64,000 bases of DNA from an uncultured Chryseobacterium sp. (GTDB lineage: Bacteria; Bacteroidota; Bacteroidia; Flavobacteriales_F; PHOS-HE28): the NCBI GenBank assembly GCA_964649165.1, contig CAZYPC010000005.1, positions 16,533 through 80,532 on the forward strand. Direction: 5' to 3'. Below are positions 56,322-64,000 of the stretch, one piece after another. The stretch's first letter is position 1. Each line of letters opens with the position of its first letter. The notes beneath the pieces are model-generated. The model was given only the letters and a program-made list of their open reading frames with translations, was not told the origin of the DNA and searched no databases. A program made the translations under genes and the position numbers.

Positions 56322-57692
56322 ATGAGCACGACCGACGCCTATATCGAGACCAACAAGGATCGTTTTCTGAACGAACTGCTCGACCTGTTACGGATCCCCA
56401 GCGTGAGCGCTGACCCGAAGTACAAGAGCGACGTCGCCCGGTGCGCGGAAGCGGTGAAGCAGCGCCTGGTGGAGGCCGGTGCGGACAAGGTGGAGATATG
56501 CCCCACGGCCGGCCACCCGATCGTGTACGGCGAAAAGCTCATCGACCCCAAGAAGCCGACCGTGCTCGTCTATGGACATTATGATGTGCAGCCCCCCGAC
56601 CCCCTCGACCTCTGGCATTCACCGCCATTCGAGCCTGTGATCAAGGAGGGCATGATCTACGCGCGCGGCAGCGCCGACGACAAAGGCCAGTTCTTCATGC
56701 ACGTGAAGGCCTTCGAGGCGATGATGAAGACGGGTTCCCTCCCGTGCAATGTGAAGTTCATGATCGAGGGCGAGGAAGAGGTCGGCAGCGACAATCTGGG
56801 AACCTTCGTCAAGAACAACAAGGCCCGCCTGAAGGCGGACGTGGTGTTGATCAGCGATACGGCCATGATCGCCAATGATGTGCCCAGCATCAACACCGGC
56901 CTACGCGGACTCAGCTACCTGGAGGTGGAAGTGGTCGGACCGAACCGTGACCTCCATAGCGGGGTTTATGGAGGTGCCGTGGCGAACCCGATCAACACCC
57001 TGTGCGCGATGATCGCAAGCCTGCACGATGCGGATGGTCGCGTGAACGTTCCGGGATTTTATGACGCGGTGGTCGAGTTGTCGGCTGCGGAGAGGAAGGC
57101 CCTGGCCGAGGCGCCCTTTGATGAGAAGGAATGGATGAAGGACCTCGGCGTGAACGCCGTCAAGGGCGAAAAGGGTTACACCACGGACGAACGTTGTACC
57201 ATCCGCCCAACGCTGGATGTGAACGGCTTCTGGGGTGGCTATATCGGTGAAGGTGCCAAGACGGTGCTGCCGAGCAAGGCGTTCGCGAAGCTCAGCATGC
57301 GCCTGGTCCCGAACCAGAAGAGCGATGCGATCACCAAGTTGTTCAAGGACCACTTCGAGAAGATCGCGCCGCCCTATGTGAAGGTCACTGTGCGCCCTCA
57401 CCATGGGGGAGAAGCGGCGGTGACGCCAATTGACAGCCCGGCATACCTCGCGGCCAGCAAAGCGATGGAAGAGACCTTCGGCAAGAAGCCCATTCCCACA
57501 CGAGGAGGGGGCAGCATTCCCATCGTGGCCCTCTTCGAAGAGGAACTGGGATTGAAGACCGTGCTGTTCGGTTTCGGCCTGGATAGCGACAACATCCACA
57601 GCCCGAACGAGAAGTACGGCATCTTCAACTACATGAAAGGTATCACCACCATCCCGCGCTTCTTCAAGCACTACGCGGCGATGGCACGCTGA
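56322..57692 (+). CDS. M20-family dipeptidase (ArgE/DapE/CNDP-like metallopeptidase)
   Basis: ATG at 56322 (MSTTDAYIETNKDRFLNELLDLLRIPSVSADP). VLVYGHYDVQP, ARGSADDKGQ and MIEGEEEVGS are M20 metal-ligand blocks. The upstream part of the track ORF (from 56073) is not family-like. Confidence 0.88.
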   Translation: MSTTDAYIETNKDRFLNELLDLLRIPSVSADPKYKSDVARCAEAVKQRLVEAGADKVEICPTAGHPIVYGEKLIDPKKPTVLVYGHYDVQPPDPLDLWHSPPFEPVIKEGMIYARGSADDKGQFFMHVKAFEAMMKTGSLPCNVKFMIEGEEEVGSDNLGTFVKNNKARLKADVVLISDTAMIANDVPSINTGLRGLSYLEVEVVGPNRDLHSGVYGGAVANPINTLCAMIASLHDADGRVNVPGFYDAVVELSAAERKALAEAPFDEKEWMKDLGVNAVKGEKGYTTDERCTIRPTLDVNGFWGGYIGEGAKTVLPSKAFAKLSMRLVPNQKSDAITKLFKDHFEKIAPPYVKVTVRPHHGGEAAVTPIDSPAYLAASKAMEETFGKKPIPTRGGGSIPIVALFEEELGLKTVLFGFGLDSDNIHSPNEKYGIFNYMKGITTIPRFFKHYAAMAR

Positions 57693-57694
57693 GC

Positions 57695-58240
57695 ATGGCG
57701 GTCGGTCCTTCCCGGAGTGGAAAGTGGAAAGTAGAAAGTGGCAAGTGGCCGCTGTCAGGCACTCTCTTCTTTCCACTTTCTGCTTTCCACTTCCCACTTC
57801 TCCCGCTGGTCGTCCTCGCACTCCTCCCCGGCTGCCTCAGTTACGAAGAGGTCACGTTCAAGGGCATCACGAACGTTGAACTGAACAGGATGGACGCCGA
57901 AGGCGTGGCCGCCCGCATTACGGTCACACTCGACAATCCGAACAGCTTCCGGATCCATGTGATCGACCCGAACGTGGACCTGTTCCTGAACGAGGTGTAC
58001 ATCGGCAAGGCGGTCCTGGACAGCAACCTCGTATTGGATAGCAAGAGCACCAAGGACTACCCTGTTCCGATGCACGCCACCTTTGACGACCACGGGACAC
58101 AGGCCATGGGCGCGATGCTGGCGGCCGCGCTCACCGGCAAAGCAACGTTGAAGGCCAAGGGCTCGATCGTCGGCAAAGCGTTCCTGCTCCGCAAGCGCTT
58201 CCCCTTCGAGGAGGAGCATGAATTCGAGTGGGACCGTTGA
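57695..58240 (+). CDS. LEA_2 / NDR1-HIN1-like (water-stress-domain) lipoprotein
   Basis: 181 aa. Lipobox LALLPGC followed by an Ig-like beta-sandwich-type sequence (VTFKGITNVELNRMDAEGVAARITVTLDNPNSFRIHVIDPNVDLFLN). The only in-frame ATG is at 57695, which gives an unusually long pre-lipobox leader (47 aa) encoded by the inverted repeat. Confidence 0.55.
   Translation: MAVGPSRSGKWKVESGKWPLSGTLFFPLSAFHFPLLPLVVLALLPGCLSYEEVTFKGITNVELNRMDAEGVAARITVTLDNPNSFRIHVIDPNVDLFLNEVYIGKAVLDSNLVLDSKSTKDYPVPMHATFDDHGTQAMGAMLAAALTGKATLKAKGSIVGKAFLLRKRFPFEEEHEFEWDR
57714..57800. repeat. Long imperfect inverted repeat (about 30-bp arms) built from GGAAAGT-like units
   Basis: The left arm 57716-57745 (agtggaaagtggaaagtagaaagtggcaag) pairs with the right arm 57769-57798 (cttctttccactttctgctttccacttcccact), with 2 mismatches and 1 G-U pair. 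The loop is about 23 nt. The element starts 22 nt after the M20 stop and lies inside the predicted 5' end of the next ORF. Confidence 0.8.
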
Positions 58241-58246
58241 TCCCGA

Positions 58247-58837
58247 TCAACGCTTCGGCGGCACATAGGTCGGCTCGCTCCATCCCATCACCACGAAACC
58301 AAGGGCGCCTTCCGATAGTCGTAGTACGCTGAACTGCCGGTCGCTAACGGAAGCAGGCGGTTCCATCGCCACGGCATCCCCGGGGGCAGCGGTCGTTATC
58401 GCTGGCATTTCGCCGTGCTCCACCCAATAGTTCTTGAGCCCGAGCCCGCTGATCGGTTCGCGCACGATGAAGGCATGTTCATCCGAGGTGAAAAGGGCGT
58501 TCACAGCGAAAAGCACGCAGAACAGGAAGGGGCCGATGGCCAGCAGGTTGAACATGAACCAGTACGACCGCGACATTCCGAAGACCCGCTCCACCCACCT
58601 TCCGAACACCAGGTTGCCGGCGAACGCGCACGCGCAGAAAATCCGCACGACCACCCAGTAGGTGACGAGCACCGCACTGGCCACCCACCAGAATGCGACG
58701 ATCATGGAGAAAAGGCCGATCAGCATGAGCCAGATGGGCCACTGCCGGGCGTCATCATCGTCAACGCGGCGCTGTTGACCCGCGAGCTGCCTCCACGTAC
58801 GCGGCCGGGCCCGCACAACGTTCCTTTGATCGCCCAT
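58247..58837 (-). CDS. Hypothetical integral membrane protein (about 4 TM segments)
   Basis: The ATG at 58837 ([17 protein letters not shown]...) precedes hydrophobic helices ([32 protein letters not shown]..., [20 protein letters not shown]). The track start at 58942 would overlap the divergent gene by about 100 nt. No family recognised. Confidence 0.5.
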   Translation of the reverse strand: MGDQRNVVRARPRTWRQLAGQQRRVDDDDARQWPIWLMLIGLFSMIVAFWWVASAVLVTYWVVVRIFCACAFAGNLVFGRWVERVFGMSRSYWFMFNLLAIGPFLFCVLFAVNALFTSDEHAFIVREPISGLGLKNYWVEHGEMPAITTAAPGDAVAMEPPASVSDRQFSVLRLSEGALGFVVMGWSEPTYVPPKR

Positions 58838-60956
58838 GTCGTTCGCCAAGCTATCCGGTATCGCGCTTGCCTCCGGCACGATGCTGGTGCCAGGGTGCGG
58901 ATCGACGAACGGCGGCAACGGCACCACCGACCAGGATACCATGCACGCTCATACCAACCGCCTCAGCCAGGAGAGCAGTCCCTACCTCTTGCAGCACGCG
59001 CACAATCCGGTGGATTGGTACCCTTGGGGAGACGAGGCGTTCGCGAAAGCGAAGGCGGAGAACAAGCTCGTGCTGGTCAGCATCGGTTACAGCAGCTGTC
59101 ATTGGTGCCATGTGATGGAGCGGGAGAGTTTCGAGAACGACAGCGTGGCCAAGGTGATGAACGAGCACTTCGTCTGTATCAAGGTGGACAGGGAAGAGCG
59201 GCCCGATGTGGATCAGATCTACATGGCTGCGGTGCAACTGATGACCGGTCGTGGCGGTTGGCCCTTGAACTGCTTCACCCTGCCTGATGGGCGCCCTGTC
59301 TACGGAGGAACCTATTTCCCACCGGAACAGTGGAAACAGCTGCTGAGCGACCTGAACGCGACATGGAAGACCGACCCGAAGAAAGTGACAGGATATGCGG
59401 AACGCCTCCATCAGGGGGTCCGCGAGAACGATCTGGTACAAGTGAACACGACACCGCCGGACTTCACCCGAAAGCAGGTATCCCGGTCGGTGCAGGTGAT
59501 GGACAGCACGTTCGACCGCACGGATGGGGGCATGGACCACGCTCCCAAATTCCCCATGCCGAACAACTGGCAGTTCCTGCTCAGATATGGGCGTCTCGCC
59601 AATGACACGAACGTGGGTGCTCAGGTGCATCTCACCCTGCACAAGATGGCCCTGGGTGGCATCTATGATCAGATCGGGGGCGGCTTCGCCAGATACAGCG
59701 TCGATGGCCTGTGGAAAGTGCCGCACTTCGAGAAAATGCTCTACGACAACGCACAGCTCATCTCACTCTACTGCGAAGCCTACCGTGCCGTGAAGGATCC
59801 GCTGTACAAGGATGTCGTGGAACGGACATTGGGCTTCATCGAACGGGAGATGATGAGCACTGAAGGGGCGTGCTATAGCGCGCTTGATGCCGACAGCGAA
59901 GGAGAGGAGGGCCGGTTCTATGTGTGGACCAAGGAAGAGCTCCAGCGCGTGCTCGGTCAGGACTTCGCTTTCGCGGAAAAATACTACTCCATCGGTCGAT
60001 CCGCAGCCTGGGAGCACGGAACGAACATACTGCTCCGCGAGGGCGATGACGCGTTCATGGCCCGGCAGCTGGGTCTTTCCGAGGAAGATGTGAGGATCCG
60101 GGCAGCGCGCGTGAACGACCTGCTCATGAAGGCACGCTCCGAACGTGTACGCCCCGGACTGGACGACAAATCGCTCACCAGTTGGAACGCGTTGATGGTG
60201 ATGGCCTGGTGTGAAGCCTACGTCTCCCTGGGCGACGAACGATCACTTGAGCACGCGCGCAGGACCATGGACCTGGTCCTCGGCACATGCCGCCGTGCCG
60301 GGGGTGGGATATCACACAGCTACAAAGGCGGCAAGGCCTCGATCAACGGCTACCTCGAAGACTACAGTTTCAGCATCGAAGCGCTGCTCGCCTTGTACTC
60401 CGTCACCTTCGAGGAACGCTGGATCACGGAGGCGCGGGCGTTGGCCGATCATGCGATCGCGCACTTCCTGGACCGTTCGACGGGCATGTTCTGGTTCACC
60501 AGCGACCTGGACCCACCGCTCATCGCGAGGAAGTCCGAAGTGATGGACAACGTGATCCCCTCGAGCAACAGCAGCATGTGCAAGGCCCTGTTCATCCTCG
60601 GTCACCTGCTTGACGAGCAGGAGTATCTCAGCATCAGCACCGGTCAATTGAACAACGTCGAACCACGGATGGAGCATTATCCGTCGGGCTACGGGAACTG
60701 GATGCAGGCGATGCTCATGCGGGTCTACCCATGGTACGAGGTCGCGATAACCGGCCCGAAAGCGTTGGAGCTGCGCAAGGAGTTCGGTGCGCACTACGTG
60801 CCCAATGGGATTTTTCTTGGTGCCGTTGGAACCAGCCGGCTTCCCTTGCTCGCTGAAAAGACCCTGGGGGCGACAACGACCATTTTCGTCTGCGAGAACA
60901 AGGTCTGCCGGATGCCCGTGGGCTCCGTATCCGGCGCAATGGCTTTGATGGAATGA
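58836..60956 (+). CDS. Thioredoxin-domain protein of the YyaL/DUF255 (SPATA20-like) family with a C-terminal six-hairpin glycosidase-like domain
   Basis: Diagnostic N-terminal block [22 protein letters not shown]...[19 protein letters not shown]. The ATG at 58836 provides a lipoprotein-like leader ([11 protein letters not shown]). An alternative start is the ATG at 58941. Confidence 0.85.
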   Translation: MSFAKLSGIALASGTMLVPGCGSTNGGNGTTDQDTMHAHTNRLSQESSPYLLQHAHNPVDWYPWGDEAFAKAKAENKLVLVSIGYSSCHWCHVMERESFENDSVAKVMNEHFVCIKVDREERPDVDQIYMAAVQLMTGRGGWPLNCFTLPDGRPVYGGTYFPPEQWKQLLSDLNATWKTDPKKVTGYAERLHQGVRENDLVQVNTTPPDFTRKQVSRSVQVMDSTFDRTDGGMDHAPKFPMPNNWQFLLRYGRLANDTNVGAQVHLTLHKMALGGIYDQIGGGFARYSVDGLWKVPHFEKMLYDNAQLISLYCEAYRAVKDPLYKDVVERTLGFIEREMMSTEGACYSALDADSEGEEGRFYVWTKEELQRVLGQDFAFAEKYYSIGRSAAWEHGTNILLREGDDAFMARQLGLSEEDVRIRAARVNDLLMKARSERVRPGLDDKSLTSWNALMVMAWCEAYVSLGDERSLEHARRTMDLVLGTCRRAGGGISHSYKGGKASINGYLEDYSFSIEALLALYSVTFEERWITEARALADHAIAHFLDRSTGMFWFTSDLDPPLIARKSEVMDNVIPSSNSSMCKALFILGHLLDEQEYLSISTGQLNNVEPRMEHYPSGYGNWMQAMLMRVYPWYEVAITGPKALELRKEFGAHYVPNGIFLGAVGTSRLPLLAEKTLGATTTIFVCENKVCRMPVGSVSGAMALME

Positions 60957-61855
60957 GGATGCGCGTCGCACTTTCAGCCCTTGTCGTGGTTTACGGGCAA
61001 CTCCACGCGCAAGTGCTTCGTATCGAGGCCGGGACGGAGGACCCGACCCTGTTGCATTTCAACGAGGCGTTCATCCAGCGGAACGGCATTCTCGGCATCG
61101 AAGGCCAGGGCAACATCAAGCGGGATGGCGAACCCATCCGCCAGAAGAATGAGCACTTCGCCTACCGCTTCGATCAAACGGGTCGTCTGGCGCTCTGCAA
61201 CGTGACGTACGGCCGGAACAACTCGCCTTGGGACACCTCCTCCGTGGCCTACGCTTACGATGCGCAGGGGCGCCTGCGCGAACAACAGCGCAATGATCGC
61301 AGCGGACGGTTCGCGCAACGGGACTCCCTCGACGCCGATGGCCGTTGTCTCAGACGTACCCATGTCCGGATACAGGAGCCAGTTACAGGGGGCTACGCCT
61401 CGATGCGCACCACGGAGACGGTGATCAGCGACGAACGCTTCACACACGTGGCCATCAACGACACCGCGCTGCGGACCACCTGGCACAATGAGCACGGACT
61501 CCCCTACAGAGAGCAGGTCTTCCACAAGGATCGCTGGGGCTATCTACGGGCGATCGATGACCGCAACATCATCACGGGTCGGCGCGGTGCGGTCACGTTC
61601 CGGTACGATGAGAAAGGCAGATTGGCGGAGCGCATCGAGCGTCCGGATCTTTCAGCATCGACCACGCGCAAGCACATCTGGCGCTATGACAACGCCGGGA
61701 ATGTGACGCTGTGCGACACATGGCGTGATGAACGGCAGACATCCCACGGGGAGTACCTTTACGAAGAGGGTTCACTGCTGCTGAAGGCGATCATCGCGAA
61801 GGACATGGAGACCGGTCTCATACACATCACGCGTTACACGACCGAACGACGATGA
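60953..61855 (+). CDS. Secreted hypothetical protein with YD/RHS-like repeats
   Basis: 300 aa. Signal [20 protein letters not shown]. Recurrent Y/F-x-Y/F-D-x-x-G-R/N-L/V motifs ([36 protein letters not shown]). ATGA overlaps with both neighbours. Confidence 0.6.
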   Translation: MRMRVALSALVVVYGQLHAQVLRIEAGTEDPTLLHFNEAFIQRNGILGIEGQGNIKRDGEPIRQKNEHFAYRFDQTGRLALCNVTYGRNNSPWDTSSVAYAYDAQGRLREQQRNDRSGRFAQRDSLDADGRCLRRTHVRIQEPVTGGYASMRTTETVISDERFTHVAINDTALRTTWHNEHGLPYREQVFHKDRWGYLRAIDDRNIITGRRGAVTFRYDEKGRLAERIERPDLSASTTRKHIWRYDNAGNVTLCDTWRDERQTSHGEYLYEEGSLLLKAIIAKDMETGLIHITRYTTERR

Positions 61856-62361
61856 AGGCCTGGCTGTTCCTGCTGCTTCCAGTGCTCACGAAGGCTCAGC
61901 CGACCGTGATCACGTGGGCCTACGGCCCGTTCGGCACACCCGGGGATGCGGCCTATGTGGTGGAGGACAACCGCATTTACCAGGCTTGCGGCGCATACGG
62001 ATCCCGTGGTCCATGCCTGTATGTGATCCAGGAGGATCGTGTTCATCACGCGGCGGACGCCTACGGTCGAGCCGGCATCTGTGCTTTCACGTTCGAAGGG
62101 AACAAGCTGGTTCGCGCTCAGGGCAGCAATTGCGTGCGCGGCTCGTGTGCGCTCATCTGGGAGGATGGCAAGGTCTACCGTGGCGATGGGACCTTCTGCA
62201 CGAAACAGGAGGGCGCGTTCCAGGTCGAGTTCGGCGAAGGGCTCTCCCCCACCATCGTCTATCTCGCGGAAGGCGCTTTCGCTGCGCAGAGCGATGCGTT
62301 GCTTGCGGTGAAAGGCCCCCTGGATCCGATCTTCCTGCTCACGATACTCGCGGCCTACTGA
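61852..62361 (+). CDS. Small secreted protein with four 22-residue Cys-containing tandem repeats, hypothetical
   Basis: 169 aa. Signal [16 protein letters not shown]. Repeats YVVEDNRIYQACGAYGSRGPCL / YVIQEDRVHHAADAYGRAGICA / FTFEGNKLVRAQGSNCVRGSCA / LIWEDGKVYRGDGTFCTKQEGA. Hydrophobic C-terminal tail PIFLLTILAAY. Confidence 0.55.
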   Translation: MKAWLFLLLPVLTKAQPTVITWAYGPFGTPGDAAYVVEDNRIYQACGAYGSRGPCLYVIQEDRVHHAADAYGRAGICAFTFEGNKLVRAQGSNCVRGSCALIWEDGKVYRGDGTFCTKQEGAFQVEFGEGLSPTIVYLAEGAFAAQSDALLAVKGPLDPIFLLTILAAY

Positions 62362-63059
62362 TCCCCGCGCTTGGCCGGCTGGGTCACATTGGCCTCCTTT
62401 CCGTAGTCGGGAACAAGGCTGGTCAGGTCAGCGAAGGTGCGCTGCTGAAAGGCGATATCCGCCGCTGTTGCCAACCCGGCAGCGGAAGGACGGATGCCCG
62501 CAACATGAATGATGTTCGGATGCGCGGCCCACAATGCTGCCGCCTTGTCGGCACCATCGCCAAGTACGACATGTCTCGGCTCTGAGGCCAGTGCACCGCA
62601 CCACTCCTTGTCGAGCAGAGCCGGCCGGGCAAGGGTTCGCGGAACAGCGCAGCTATCCAGCTCTTTCGTGAAGACCTCCATCCGGCGCGCATCCACCATG
62701 GGATGAAGCACGTCATTCGTCATCGGAACAAAACCTGAAGCGATCAGTTCATGGCCCAGGATATCCAGGGTACTAAGGCCGATCAGCGGAAGACCCAGCG
62801 CGAAACACAGGCCCTTCGCCGCCGACACGCCGATGCGCAACCCGGTGTACGAGCCGGGCCCGATCCCCACCGCCACCGCCGCAAGGTCCCTTGACCGCAC
62901 GTCCGCATCATCCAACACCGCAGCGATGAACAGGTTGAGCTTCTCGGCGTGGCTGAAGCGTTCACTCTCCTCCACACGCTGGGCGATGACCCGTCCTTCC
63001 CGGGCGAGGACCACGGCACAATGCCGGGTAGCCGTATCAAAAGCGAGGATGGGCCCCAC
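62355..63059 (-). CDS. tsaB: tRNA threonylcarbamoyladenosine (t6A) biosynthesis protein TsaB
   Basis: 234 aa. ILAFDTATRHCAVVL and GIGPGSYTGLRIGVSAAKGL are the characteristic TsaB (YeaZ) blocks. Confidence 0.88.
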   Translation of the reverse strand: MGPILAFDTATRHCAVVLAREGRVIAQRVEESERFSHAEKLNLFIAAVLDDADVRSRDLAAVAVGIGPGSYTGLRIGVSAAKGLCFALGLPLIGLSTLDILGHELIASGFVPMTNDVLHPMVDARRMEVFTKELDSCAVPRTLARPALLDKEWCGALASEPRHVVLGDGADKAAALWAAHPNIIHVAGIRPSAAGLATAADIAFQQRTFADLTSLVPDYGKEANVTQPAKRGDQ

Positions 63060-63061
63060 GA

Positions 63062-64000
63062 TCAGAGGGTCACGGGAATGCCCTGCAGGATATCCAGGGA
63101 TTTCTGCGCCATGAGGTAGCTGTACTTCGCATTGATGCGGTCAGCCGTGGCCTGCTGCGAACGCACTTTGGCCGTGTTCAGTTCGATGGCATTGATGACG
63201 CCATGGTCGAACCGCTCCTGCGCGAAATCGAGGGCCGCTTCCGCCGCTTCAGCGCTGCGACGTGCGCTTTCGTGCTGGCGGAACGCGTTGCGCTGGGCGA
63301 TGAGCGCGTTCTGCACATCGCGTTGCAGTGAAAGCCGGCTGGTCTCCTGCCGGTTCTTCGCCTGTTCGTGCTGGATGCGCGCACGATCGATGGCCAGGCT
63401 GTTCTGCTTGTTGTTGAAGATGGGGACGCTCAGCGTGAACAGCAGCGATTCGTTCAGATTGTCGTCGAGCTGCTTGCCGAAAGGTCTGGTCTGGGTGGCG
63501 TAGTCATAACTCGGTGCATAGACCAATTCACCGCCAGCCGTGGCACCGATCGGCTGCTCCGTGATCACGGGTGCCCCGACCGTTTCGAAGTTGCGGCCCG
63601 AGTACCCTGTTCCGACGCTGGCTTGGAAGCCCAGCGAAGGCAGGGTTCCGGCGCGTGCGATCGAGACCCCTTGTTCCGCACTTTCCGCATTGAGCAAGGC
63701 TTGGGCGTAGGCAGGATTGGTGGCCAGGACGCGTCCCAGCACATCCTCGACGGTAGATGTTGGTTCTGTAAGGTTGAGTTCACCGATGGGGGGTGCTTCA
63801 ACGGCGAAGGCCATCTGCTCCGACGGGTCAAGGCGCAGGGATTGCCCAAGCAACAGGTTGGCCTGGTCCAGTTGGTTGCGCAGGTCGGTGACGGTGTATT
63901 CCTCGCTGGCGAGCTGCGCTTCGATATCAAGAAGCTCCACACGTGCCGAACGGCCGGCGTCAACGAGCGCTTGAGTGCGGGCCACCTGTTCACGCGTATT
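63062..64000 (-). CDS. TolC-family outer-membrane efflux protein, 5' end outside the window
   Basis: C-terminal ~310 residues with TolC-type helical repeat sequence (AQLASEEYTVTDLRNQLDQANLLLGQ..., SYLMAQKSLDILQGIPVTL). The reading frame stays open to nt 64000, so the GTG at 63985 in the track is probably internal. Confidence 0.75.
   Translation of the reverse strand, partial: NTREQVARTQALVDAGRSARVELLDIEAQLASEEYTVTDLRNQLDQANLLLGQSLRLDPSEQMAFAVEAPPIGELNLTEPTSTVEDVLGRVLATNPAYAQALLNAESAEQGVSIARAGTLPSLGFQASVGTGYSGRNFETVGAPVITEQPIGATAGGELVYAPSYDYATQTRPFGKQLDDNLNESLLFTLSVPIFNNKQNSLAIDRARIQHEQAKNRQETSRLSLQRDVQNALIAQRNAFRQHESARRSAEAAEAALDFAQERFDHGVINAIELNTAKVRSQQATADRINAKYSYLMAQKSLDILQGIPVTL

Noticed and set aside
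1-64000. CRISPR arrays, rRNA genes, prophage or integrative-element hallmarks
   Set aside because: I saw no short regularly spaced direct repeats, no rRNA-like sequence, and no integrase, recombinase, capsid or terminase-like translations. The single tRNA (Phe) has no integrase or direct-repeat scar next to it.

Overview
High-GC chromosomal segment that looks like Bacteroidota. The assignment is an inference from T9SS C-terminal sorting domains, a CarboxypepD_reg-type TonB-dependent receptor, lipoprotein-rich envelope genes, and flavobacterial-type purH-mreB-mreC-mreD-mrdA-rodA and coaX-OMP-lptC-CNNM-PPIase gene orders. No homology search was possible. All calls rest on motifs read in the supplied translations, start and stop contexts checked in the DNA, and gene order. 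Content from left to right: (1) a co-directional TPR / ABC / HlyD / TolC / S41-like peptidase cluster at 12-7086, whose ABC ATPase domain looks degenerate; (2) a standard RND efflux operon on the minus strand, 7104-12946; (3) a LOG-family gene, a T9SS type-A cargo protein, and a TonB-dependent receptor with a partner lipoprotein; (4) the purH and cell-shape cluster, 22008-29182; (5) a tightly packed envelope operon on the minus strand, 29265-36081; (6) tRNA-Phe; (7) a porin-like OMP / Tat-Rieske / imelysin / DUF1111 di-haem cluster, 36355-40469; (8) an HD protein, an orphan histidine kinase and gpmI; (9) the most unusual region, five tandem minus-strand paralogues at 43640-55896 encoding large surface proteins with a choice-of-anchor-L-like head, Calx-beta-like and SprB-type Ig repeats, and a CHU_C (T9SS type B) tail. 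Two of these paralogues share a 1311-bp tract that is identical at every base although their head domains are strongly diverged; (10) an M20 dipeptidase, a LEA_2-like lipoprotein, a YyaL-like thioredoxin-domain protein translationally coupled to two small secreted repeat proteins, tsaB, and a partial TolC-family gene at the right edge. I saw no CRISPR array, rRNA, transposase, integrase or phage gene. Many long ORFs in the track lie antisense to recognisable genes. These are treated as high-GC artefacts.
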